Below are positions 28,355-36,385 of a stretch of 53,550 bases of DNA, one piece after another. Source of the DNA: Candidatus Omnitrophota bacterium. GTDB taxonomy: Bacteria; Omnitrophota; Gorgyraeia; JABMRN01; RBG-13-46-9. The notes under the pieces were generated by a model that saw only the letters and a program-made list of their open reading frames with translations, was not told the DNA's origin and made no database searches. Both the position numbers and the translations under genes were made by a program. Position 1 is the first letter of the stretch, and each line of letters opens with the position of its first letter. The stretch is taken from contig JABMQJ010000009.1 in the NCBI GenBank assembly GCA_013203315.1, positions 1 through 53,550 of the forward strand, in the 5' to 3' direction.

Positions 28355-29014
28355 ATGAAAAGACCTTATATAACCCTGAAATTTGCCCAGACATTAGACG
28401 GCAGGATCGCCGCGCGGGACGGTTCGTCCAAATGGATAAGCGGCCCCGGAAGCCTTAAGCTTACCCACAAATTACGCGCTCGAAACGACGCTATTTTAAT
28501 CGGCGTCGGAACTGTTCTTCAAGATAACCCTTCCTTAACCGTGCGCCTCGCAAAAGGCAAAAATCCAACAAGAATCATTATTGATCCGAAACTTCGCACG
28601 CCTTATACCTCGCGCGTTATAAAAAATACAAAGATTGCAAAAACAATCATTGTTACGGCCCGAAAAGCGCCCAAAGTGAAAGTGGCACAATTCAGACAAA
28701 AAGGCGTCGAATTCGTGTTTTTACCTTTATCTAAAAGAGGTTATATTGACTTAGAAAAGATTATCAGTATACTCTATAAGAAAGGCATAAAGAGCATGCT
28801 TGTCGAGGGCGGAGGGAGGATTATCACTTCCTTCATGAAAAAAGGCCTCGTCGATAAGCTTATCGCGATAATATCACCCAAGATTTTGGGTAAAGGGAAA
28901 GATGCGGTAGGCGACTTAGGTATAGGTAACATAAAATGGGCTTTAAAATTACGAATAAAAAGCGCAAAACACCTGGGGAAAGACATAGTTTATACGGCTT
29001 TTTTGGACAAATGA
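28355..29014 (+). CDS. Stand-alone RibD C-terminal reductase (DHFR-like fold)
   Basis: KFAQTLDGRIA, SKWIS, IGVGTVLQDNPSL and VEGGG. No deaminase domain. Confidence 0.88.
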   Translation: MKRPYITLKFAQTLDGRIAARDGSSKWISGPGSLKLTHKLRARNDAILIGVGTVLQDNPSLTVRLAKGKNPTRIIIDPKLRTPYTSRVIKNTKIAKTIIVTARKAPKVKVAQFRQKGVEFVFLPLSKRGYIDLEKIISILYKKGIKSMLVEGGGRIITSFMKKGLVDKLIAIISPKILGKGKDAVGDLGIGNIKWALKLRIKSAKHLGKDIVYTAFLDK

Positions 29015-29394
29015 TTACAAAAAAATCCGGATTCACTTTTATAGAAATAATGGTAGTCACCGCTATCCTGGGCTTTTTAATTGCAATAGCCGTTCCTAAT
29101 TATATAAGGGCGCGCGAAAAGGCCGCAGAAACGGTATGCGTCGGCAACCAGAAAACCATATATACAGCCGTTACAATGTACATATTGAAAGAAACAGATT
29201 CGATAGAAAGCATGAGCGACGCGGAAAGGTTGGAGGCCCTTACTGATGCCGGTTACCTGAGAGGCAATAAGTGGGCCGAGTGCCCCTCCTCGTCGAATGA
29301 CGGCGATTACGACGACTATATCATAACTTTCGAAAATGGTTTTGTTTCTAATGTGGACTGCGACGAAAAAGGCGCCCTGCATAACTGGGAGTAG
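29011..29394 (+). CDS. Type IV pilin / pseudopilin
   Basis: Prepilin cleavage/methylation site KKSG|FTFIE, hydrophobic helix ending AVPNY. ATGA overlap with the previous stop. Confidence 0.88.
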   Translation: MITKKSGFTFIEIMVVTAILGFLIAIAVPNYIRAREKAAETVCVGNQKTIYTAVTMYILKETDSIESMSDAERLEALTDAGYLRGNKWAECPSSSNDGDYDDYIITFENGFVSNVDCDEKGALHNWE

Positions 29395-29410
29395 ACCCAA
29401 ACCTCTTTTA

Positions 29411-30049
29411 ATGAAACCAGCCAAGGAAAGAATTAAAAGCATAGTAAAGATACTTCGCAAAGAATACCCGAAAACCAAAACCGCGCTTCGGCATAAGTCT
29501 GCTTTCGAGCTTCTCGTCTCTACGATTCTTTCCGCCCAGTGCACGGATGAGCGCGTTAACAGGATAACGCCGGCGCTTTTTAAAAAATTTAAGGGCCCGC
29601 GCGCTTTTGCAGCGGCAAAACAAACTATTTTAGAGAAAGAAATACATTCCGCGGGTTTTTACAGAAACAAGGCAAAGAATATTATCGGGGCGTCTAAAAA
29701 AATTGTCAAAGAATTCGGCGGCAGGGTTCCCGACAGTATGGATAAACTCACGACGCTTCCGGGCGTGGCGCGAAAAACGGCAAATATCGTATTATCGAGC
29801 GCATTTCATATCGCGGAGGGCATAGCCGTGGATACGCACGTTAAGCGGCTTTCCGGAAGGATGGGTTTGAGTACCGAGCGCGACCCCAATAAAATCGAGA
29901 AGGACCTCATGGGAATCGTTCCGCACAAAGACTGGCTCGACTTTAATTATCTACTTGTTGATCACGGCCGCAAGGTGTGCGTCGCGAGAAAGCCCTTATG
30001 TAAAGAGTGCCCTATAAATTACCTCTGCCCATCGGCGAATACATTATGA
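29411..30049 (+). CDS. nth: Endonuclease III
   Basis: LSAQCTDERVN, LPGVARKTA, VDTHV and FeS motif CVARKPLCKECPINYLC. Confidence 0.95.
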   Translation: MKPAKERIKSIVKILRKEYPKTKTALRHKSAFELLVSTILSAQCTDERVNRITPALFKKFKGPRAFAAAKQTILEKEIHSAGFYRNKAKNIIGASKKIVKEFGGRVPDSMDKLTTLPGVARKTANIVLSSAFHIAEGIAVDTHVKRLSGRMGLSTERDPNKIEKDLMGIVPHKDWLDFNYLLVDHGRKVCVARKPLCKECPINYLCPSANTL

Positions 30050-31053
30050 AAAAAGAAGCAATGCTATATGAAAAACTAGAGAACAAAGTGCATTGTTTTT
30101 TATGTTCCCACCAATGCAAGATTGCGGATTCGGAATACGGGATCTGCGGTGTTCGCAAAAATGAAAAAGGACATCTTTATACTCAAGTTTACGGAGAGGT
30201 AATCGCTTCTCACATTGACCCGATTGAAAAAAAACCTCTTTACCACTTTCTTCCGGGCACTAGCACTTACTCCATTGCGACGATAGGATGCAATTTTAAA
30301 TGCGGATTTTGCCAGAACTGGCAGATTTCTCAAGTCGCGAAGAGAGGCGGCAAGGACTCCACTGGTGGGTATGAACTAAAGCCGCAAGAAATTGTAAGGG
30401 AAGCGAAAAAAAACAAATGCAAAAGCATATCATATACTTATACAGAGCCTACAATATTTTTCGAATATGCGTATGACACCTCGAAGATAGCAAAAGAAAA
30501 GGGTTTATATAATATCTTTGTGACAAACGGCTACATGACAAAAGACGCGCTTTACGCCATAAAGCCGTATCTTGACGCTTCCAACGTAGATCTTAAATTT
30601 TTTAATGACGAAACATACAAAAAAATTTGTAAAGGGTCTTTAAAACCAGTTCTCGAGTCTATTAGTTGCATGAAAAAACTGGGAATGTGGGTCGAAGTTA
30701 CGACGCTTATTGTCCCGGGGCTAAACGATAGCGATAAAGAACTTAAAAGCATTGCCGAATTCATCCGAGATACCGGAAGGGATATACCCTGGCACATAAG
30801 CCGCTTTCATCCGGACTATAAATATACCGAAGTTCCCCCGACACCCTTGGAAACTCTTAAAAATGCTGAGTCTATCGGGAAAAAAGCAGGACTAAAGTAT
30901 ATCTATCTGGGTAATGTTAGTGAAGAAGGTAACACTTATTGCAGCGCTTGTGGTAAACTTCTTATAGGAAGAGTGGGGTATGCGATTGCAGAAAACGGTA
31001 TAAAAATGAGCAAGTGCCCCGAATGCACCCGTTTAGTGGAAGGAGTATGGTAG
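30046..31053 (+). CDS. amrS: AmmeMemoRadiSam system radical SAM enzyme
   Basis: CFLC..C..GICGVR, DPIEKKPLYHFLPG, CNFKCGFCQNWQISQ and PWHISRFHP. Confidence 0.9.
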   Translation: MKKEAMLYEKLENKVHCFLCSHQCKIADSEYGICGVRKNEKGHLYTQVYGEVIASHIDPIEKKPLYHFLPGTSTYSIATIGCNFKCGFCQNWQISQVAKRGGKDSTGGYELKPQEIVREAKKNKCKSISYTYTEPTIFFEYAYDTSKIAKEKGLYNIFVTNGYMTKDALYAIKPYLDASNVDLKFFNDETYKKICKGSLKPVLESISCMKKLGMWVEVTTLIVPGLNDSDKELKSIAEFIRDTGRDIPWHISRFHPDYKYTEVPPTPLETLKNAESIGKKAGLKYIYLGNVSEEGNTYCSACGKLLIGRVGYAIAENGIKMSKCPECTRLVEGVW

Positions 31054-31054
31054 G

Positions 31055-32068
31055 ATGGCCGTTATCTGGATTAAATTTGTTATATGCGCCGGAATTATTC
31101 TTTTTGCCGGGAAGCGCGTAGCGCGATACGCAGATGCCATTGCCGAAAAAACCGGCCTTAGCGGACTCTGGATAGGTGTAGTTTTAGTTGCAGCAGCAAC
31201 GAGTTTGCCGGAACTTTTTACCGGCGTAGGAAGTGTAGCTTTTCTTAATGCGCCTGATCTTACAGTAGGAAATCTTATCGGCGCGAATTCCTATAACCTT
31301 TTAAACATAGCCTTTATCGATTTATTATATAAAGGAGGGCCCCTGCTTGGTGCGATAAGTTCAGGGCAGCTTTTTACCGCAGTCTTTAGTCTTGTGCCGA
31401 TTATGTTGGCGACTATGGGTATAATTTTATCGGGGAGCGGATCTTCTGTCTGGAGCGTCGCTAATGTAGGAATATTTAGCATAGCTATTCTCATCTCTTA
31501 CTGCCTCATGACAAGGTTTTTGTATAAGTTTGAAAAAAAGCGTCCTGCAGAAAAAACCATAAAATCCGAAAATAAATATAGCGACATATCTCTTAACAAG
31601 ACGTATATTCACTATTGCGTTGCTGCAGGTATTATTGTCATAAGCGGCGTGTGGCTTGCATATATAGGAAAGGAGCTATGCGCAATTTCGCATTTAGAGG
31701 AAAATTTTATAGGAAGCCTCGTACTGGGTTTTGCTACGACGCTTCCGGAAATCACCGTATCAATAGCCGCCTTGCTTATAGGGGCAAAAGAAATAGCCGT
31801 GGCCAATATGCTGGGAAGCAACATGTTTAACATGACGATTATTTTCGTGGATGATATTCTATATCGAAGGGCGCCTATATTGCAGGTGGCTTCGGAAAAC
31901 CACATCTGGTCGGCATGTACTGTCATGGCAATGACTGCCGTTATTATTGTAGCAATGGCAACCAGGCCTAAGAAGAAGATTTTTAATATAAGCTGGTACG
32001 TTCCCGTTCTTGTCGTCATTTTTTTATTAGGTGCGTATTTAAATTTCCTGTTCAGGTCCGGAAGCTAG
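31055..32068 (+). CDS. Na+/Ca2+ (CaCA) antiporter family protein
   Basis: Alpha repeats ATSLPE..GNLIGAN and ATTLPE..ANMLGSN. Confidence 0.9.
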   Translation: MAVIWIKFVICAGIILFAGKRVARYADAIAEKTGLSGLWIGVVLVAAATSLPELFTGVGSVAFLNAPDLTVGNLIGANSYNLLNIAFIDLLYKGGPLLGAISSGQLFTAVFSLVPIMLATMGIILSGSGSSVWSVANVGIFSIAILISYCLMTRFLYKFEKKRPAEKTIKSENKYSDISLNKTYIHYCVAAGIIVISGVWLAYIGKELCAISHLEENFIGSLVLGFATTLPEITVSIAALLIGAKEIAVANMLGSNMFNMTIIFVDDILYRRAPILQVASENHIWSACTVMAMTAVIIVAMATRPKKKIFNISWYVPVLVVIFLLGAYLNFLFRSGS

Positions 32069-32089
32069 TAATAAAATAAGGAGGTAACC

Positions 32090-32506
32090 GTGGATATAAG
32101 AACTATTATTTTGAGATTTTTCATAGCTTTATTATGCGGAGCCGTCATCGGCCTCGAACGTGAAATAAGGGATAAGGCAGCGGGTTTACGGACGCATATC
32201 CTAGTTTGCATAGGGGCTTGTCTTTTCGGCATGATAGGCGCAGAAATGGCAATTGCCTTTGACGGCGCTGATATTTTAAGAATTGCGCAAGGACTTCTAA
32301 TAGGTATGGGCTTTTTAGGTGCCGGTGTCATAGTAAGAGAGGGCGCCTCGATAACCGGTTTAACAACAGCGGCCGGCATATGGGTTATGGGCGCGATCGG
32401 CTTAGGTATAGGCGTAGGCGCTTATCGCGTTGCGCTTATCGGAACAATATTTTGTCTTCTCACGATAGCGGTATTCGGAACCGTTGAAAGGCTGGTGAAG
32501 AAATGA
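32090..32506 (+). CDS. MgtC/SapB-family membrane protein (N-terminal domain only)
   Basis: IGLERE..AGLRTH, GFLGAG and GLTTAA. Confidence 0.92.
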   Translation: MDIRTIILRFFIALLCGAVIGLEREIRDKAAGLRTHILVCIGACLFGMIGAEMAIAFDGADILRIAQGLLIGMGFLGAGVIVREGASITGLTTAAGIWVMGAIGLGIGVGAYRVALIGTIFCLLTIAVFGTVERLVKK

Positions 32507-33159
32507 GCCTAAACGGTGCAATCTTTGATTTAGACGGCGTTGTCGTAAACACGGTGCCTTTGCATTTCGCGGCGTGGAAGAAAATGTTTTCCGAATATGG
32601 CAAAAGTTTTACATTTGAAGATTACAAAGAAAAGGTAGACGGTATTCCCAGGTTACCAGGCGCCAGGGCTATTCTTACGGATCTGTCCGAAGACGAGCTT
32701 CGGAAAGCCGCATCAAAAAAACAGGATTATTATCTCGAATTAATCGAAAAAGTAGAAGTCGAGATTTACGAGACAACGGTTGATTTAATAAAAGAACTAA
32801 AGAAAAAATCCATAAAGATAGCAGCTGCTTCATCGAGCCGCAATTGCAGGTACATACTGGAGAAGACAAACCTTGTCGGGCTCTTTGACGCTATTATAGG
32901 CGGCGGCGATTTTAAAAAAGGAAAACCAGCCCCAGAAATATTTTTATTGGCCGCCTCCAAAATCGGGCTAACCCCCGAAACTTGCGTGGTTTTCGAAGAC
33001 GCCAAGCTCGGCGTCGAAGCCGCTAAAAACGGAGAAATGTTTTGCGTTGGCATAGCAAGAGAGGGCGATAAAGAGATTTTGAAAAAAGCGGATATTATAG
33101 TTGAAGATTTGAAGGAAGTAGATTATGATAAGTTAAGAAAGCTGTTTAACGGTAAGTGA
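32503..33159 (+). CDS. pgmB: Beta-phosphoglucomutase (HAD)
   Basis: FDLDGV, H..AWK, ASSSRN, GKPAPEIF and FEDA..GVEA. Adjacent to GH65. Confidence 0.85.
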   Translation: MSLNGAIFDLDGVVVNTVPLHFAAWKKMFSEYGKSFTFEDYKEKVDGIPRLPGARAILTDLSEDELRKAASKKQDYYLELIEKVEVEIYETTVDLIKELKKKSIKIAAASSSRNCRYILEKTNLVGLFDAIIGGGDFKKGKPAPEIFLLAASKIGLTPETCVVFEDAKLGVEAAKNGEMFCVGIAREGDKEILKKADIIVEDLKEVDYDKLRKLFNGK

Positions 33160-33166
33160 ATTAAGC

Positions 33167-35488
33167 ATGAAAAGTAAATTTTCAAACTATCTATCAAAAA
33201 AAGAATGGCTCTTGGATGAACAGGATCCTATATCCGGTCCGCCCGACAAGAAAGAGCTAAACGCTAAAGAAACCCTCTTTACCCTCGGGAACGGTTACCT
33301 AGGCTCAAGGGGCATCTATGAGGAAATACCCGAAGGCACCGAACAGGGCACATACTTGGCGGGCGTCTATGATGCCGCGGCCTCCATGGTGCCGGAACTT
33401 GTAAACGTGCCAAACCCGATAGATTTTCGCATTATAATAGAAGGCGAGAAACTGGATATCGGCAGGATGGACGTGATTGAAAACAAAAGAGTACTGGACA
33501 TGGGGAAGGGGCTTCTTGTAAGAAGAACAATATTTTCCGATACCAAGAAAAGAAGGTTATTATATGAGTCTGCGCGTTTTTTCAGCATGCATGATAAGCA
33601 CATAGGAGCGATGTGCGTTTCACTCAAGGTCCTGGATGAGCCTGCCAGGATTATCGTTCAGGACACGGTAGACGATTCGGTTACAAATGCCGGAAGCCTT
33701 TTAGAGGGAAGAAAAAGGCACACCCAGCTCGCAGATGTCTCTACCGTAGGCGACTTAAACTATATGTGCGTAAAGACCTTTACGAGAAAAACATGGATTG
33801 CCTATGCAACGTATCTGGCTGTTGCCAGAAGCGGTATTGGCAAAGACACCGGCACCTTAAATAAGATATTTAACATGTTGCTTAAAAAAGGCGAAACAGT
33901 GCGCTTTACAAAAATATTTTCCATACATACCTCAAAAGATTTCCCCGCAAAGCAGCTAAAGAAAACCGCGACAAAAGAATTGAACCGCGCCAAAAGACTA
34001 GGATTCGACGAACTTTTTAAAAGGCACGAGAATGCCTGGAAGAAGAGGTGGGAAAAATCAGACGTAAAGATAATCGGGGATAACGAAGCCGAGAAGGCCC
34101 TGCGTTTTAATATATATCACCTTATAATATCCGGAAACGAAAATGACGAAAACATATCTATAGGGGCCAGGACCTTAAGCGGCCACGGTTACCGCGGCCA
34201 CATCTTCTGGGATACGGAACTTTTTGTCCTGCCGTTTTTCATATACACTAATCCGAAAATAGCAAGGAACCTTTTGATGTATAGATTTCTCCGGCTTAAC
34301 GAAGCGCGGAGGATCGCGAAGGAGAAGGGTTACAGGGGTGTGCTCTTCCCCTGGGAGTCTGCTGATACGGGCAAGGAAACAACCCCGCCTTACGCCAAAA
34401 ATTTAGACGGGTCAATCATAGAAATTCACACAATGGACATGGAGCACCACATAGTTTCCGACGTAGCATATGGTGTTTTTCATTATTTTGAAGCCACAGG
34501 CGATATCGATTTTATGTATAAGGCGGGCATTGAAATCATGTTTGAAACAGCCAGGTTCTGGGCCAGCCGCGTGACTTATAACAAGAAAACAGAAAAATAC
34601 GAAATAAAAAACGTGATCGGCCCGGATGAATTCCATGAAGGCGTTGACAACAATGCCTACACTAACAGGATGGCCGGGTGGAATCTCCGTAAAGCAAAAG
34701 AGCTTCATAATCTTTTCGAGAAAAAACATCCGCAGATTTTAAGGAAGATAAAGGAAAAAATTTCGCTTAACAAAGAAGAACCCGACAGCTGGGCGCACAT
34801 TGCCGATAGGATAAGGATTCCCGTTTCAAAATCAAAAGGTATTATTAAAGAGTTTGACGGGTATCTTAAAAAACGCGACGTTGTCTTAAAAACTTTCAAC
34901 AGTTACTTCATGCCGGTTATTCCAAAAGATATTTCGCTTTCAGAAATCGCAAAAACACAGCTTGTGAAACAGGCAGACGTTGTCATGCTCATGTATCTAT
35001 TCCCGGAGGAATTCACAACTGCCCAGAGGGTAAAAAGCTATGTATATTACGTGACGAGAACCCTTCATAAGTCGTCATTGAGCCCAAGCATCTACTCGAT
35101 ATTCGCTTCTGAGACAGGGGACACGACGAGGGGTTATGCGCTATTTTTGTTTTCCCTCTACGCTGATTTAAAAAACACGCACGGTAATAGCGCCGAAGGC
35201 ATTCATGCTGCAAGCCTTGGTGGCACGTGGCAGGCGGCCATAATGGGATTTGCGGGCTTTCGCATCATGGATGAAATGCCTTCTTTCGAACCGCGATTGC
35301 CCGGGCACTGGCGCGGCATAAAATTTTCTATCGAGTGGAAGGAATGTATCTTAAGGGTTTCAGTAAGCAATAAAAAAATTAATTTCTTTGCCACCGCAAA
35401 GAAAAAAGGCTCGATACTGGTCAAGTGTTTTAATTCCGTCTACATGATACGGTTTAACAAAAATTATACGATTCGCAAAAATGGATAG
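33167..35488 (+). CDS. Glycoside hydrolase family 65 alpha-glucoside phosphorylase
   Basis: ETLFTLGNGYLGSRG, YRGHIFWDTE, GPDEFH, KQADV and HKSSLS. Confidence 0.92.
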   Translation: MKSKFSNYLSKKEWLLDEQDPISGPPDKKELNAKETLFTLGNGYLGSRGIYEEIPEGTEQGTYLAGVYDAAASMVPELVNVPNPIDFRIIIEGEKLDIGRMDVIENKRVLDMGKGLLVRRTIFSDTKKRRLLYESARFFSMHDKHIGAMCVSLKVLDEPARIIVQDTVDDSVTNAGSLLEGRKRHTQLADVSTVGDLNYMCVKTFTRKTWIAYATYLAVARSGIGKDTGTLNKIFNMLLKKGETVRFTKIFSIHTSKDFPAKQLKKTATKELNRAKRLGFDELFKRHENAWKKRWEKSDVKIIGDNEAEKALRFNIYHLIISGNENDENISIGARTLSGHGYRGHIFWDTELFVLPFFIYTNPKIARNLLMYRFLRLNEARRIAKEKGYRGVLFPWESADTGKETTPPYAKNLDGSIIEIHTMDMEHHIVSDVAYGVFHYFEATGDIDFMYKAGIEIMFETARFWASRVTYNKKTEKYEIKNVIGPDEFHEGVDNNAYTNRMAGWNLRKAKELHNLFEKKHPQILRKIKEKISLNKEEPDSWAHIADRIRIPVSKSKGIIKEFDGYLKKRDVVLKTFNSYFMPVIPKDISLSEIAKTQLVKQADVVMLMYLFPEEFTTAQRVKSYVYYVTRTLHKSSLSPSIYSIFASETGDTTRGYALFLFSLYADLKNTHGNSAEGIHAASLGGTWQAAIMGFAGFRIMDEMPSFEPRLPGHWRGIKFSIEWKECILRVSVSNKKINFFATAKKKGSILVKCFNSVYMIRFNKNYTIRKNG

Positions 35489-35507
35489 ATAGAAAAGGGG
35501 TGGTGCC

Positions 35508-35888
35508 ATGGCTTACGTAAGAGATGTTATGGAAAAAGAAATCGTTACCGGAAAGAGTAGCGACAGCATCCAAAAAATCAGCAAAGTGCTCACAGAAAAA
35601 AAAATGAGCAACATACCCATCATGGGCGAACAAGACGAACTTGTCGGCATTGTTTCCGAACAGGATATCCTGAGGGCAATGGAATCCGAAAATTTTATAA
35701 ACAAAATAGCCAATGATATTATGACAAAAAAAGTTTTGTCTGTAAAAGAAAACGATTCCCTTGAATACGTCTCAAAAATATTTACCGAGTACCCGTACAG
35801 GAGATTGCCCGTTACACGGAATAAAAAAGTCGTGGGTAGCATTACACGGGAAGATATAATAAGTTCTTTCATGAGCGATTACTATTGA
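35508..35888 (+). CDS. CBS-pair protein
   Basis: VRDVM..LVGIVSEQDI and DIMT..RRLPV..VVGSITREDI. Confidence 0.9.
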   Translation: MAYVRDVMEKEIVTGKSSDSIQKISKVLTEKKMSNIPIMGEQDELVGIVSEQDILRAMESENFINKIANDIMTKKVLSVKENDSLEYVSKIFTEYPYRRLPVTRNKKVVGSITREDIISSFMSDYY

Positions 35889-35897
35889 TAATAAATC

Positions 35898-35926
35898 TTT
35901 ACAAATTTTTCGGAGTGTGCTAACAT
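35898..35926 (+). promoter_or_regulatory. sigma70-type promoter of the 64-aa gene
   Basis: TTTACA-N17-TAACAT with TG extension. Confidence 0.6.
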
Positions 35927-35957
35927 AAATCAAGTTTGATCTCGAAGGAGGTAGGAA

Positions 35958-36152
35958 ATGGGTAAATTCTTAGGTGTCACGATAGGGGTAGTAGTCGCGT
36001 TCATCGGTTTGGTACTACTTATAGCCTGGTGGTACGAATTTTTATTCATTCTAAGAGGCGTTATTCCGGTCCTCCTTATTTTTGGCGGCGGAATTGCACT
36101 AATTGCGGGCTTGAGTGAGCTTAAGGATACGCTGAAAGCCAAAAAAGAATAA
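35958..36152 (+). CDS. Small two-TM membrane protein, MamI-like motif pattern
   Basis: Strong SD AGGAGGT. Pattern G..AWW..LRG..PV..G..AL.AG with a charged tail. Confidence 0.75.
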   Translation: MGKFLGVTIGVVVAFIGLVLLIAWWYEFLFILRGVIPVLLIFGGGIALIAGLSELKDTLKAKKE

Positions 36153-36200
36153 AAAAATATAATTTTTACTTCTTTTTCTCTCCTCGGAAACTAACCACAC

Positions 36201-36248
36201 ACACAATAAGTAGTAGTGCTTTGTCTAAAACAATACTATATATTGTGT
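36201..36248 (+). promoter_or_regulatory. Tandem NrdR boxes
   Basis: ACACAATAAGTAGTAG (36201-36216) and ATACTATATATTGTGT (36233-36248), 32 bp apart, against the consensus acaCwAtATaTwGtgt. Confidence 0.85.
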
Positions 36249-36256
36249 GTTCGCCC

Positions 36257-36285
36257 TTGACAATCAAATAGATGTATGATATATT
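36257..36285 (+). promoter_or_regulatory. sigma70-type promoter of nrdJ
   Basis: TTGACA-N17-TATATT with TG extension. Confidence 0.75.
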
Positions 36286-36385
36286 TCCTTTTGTCACGCA
36301 GCTAATTTTTTAAACGCATTTTTTTGCGGTTTTATAAATAGTTTTTCTTAGTATTATTTCTTAGATCAAAAAGCAGGAGATTAAA

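Noticed and set aside
30046-31053. amrS as pyruvate formate-lyase activase or part of a complete AmmeMemoRadiSam locus
   Set aside because: Motifs fit AmrS rather than PflA. The partners amrA/amrB are absent here but are often encoded elsewhere, so this is unremarkable.
35958-36152. 64-aa ORF as RiPP precursor for the radical SAM/SPASM enzyme
   Set aside because: It is a hydrophobic two-TM protein 9 kb away, with no leader/core pattern. No precursor peptide is visible next to the rSAM genes.
36186-36228. GGAAACT...GTCTAA as a fourth ECF promoter before nrdJ
   Set aside because: The spacer is about 30 nt rather than 16, and the region is explained by NrdR boxes.
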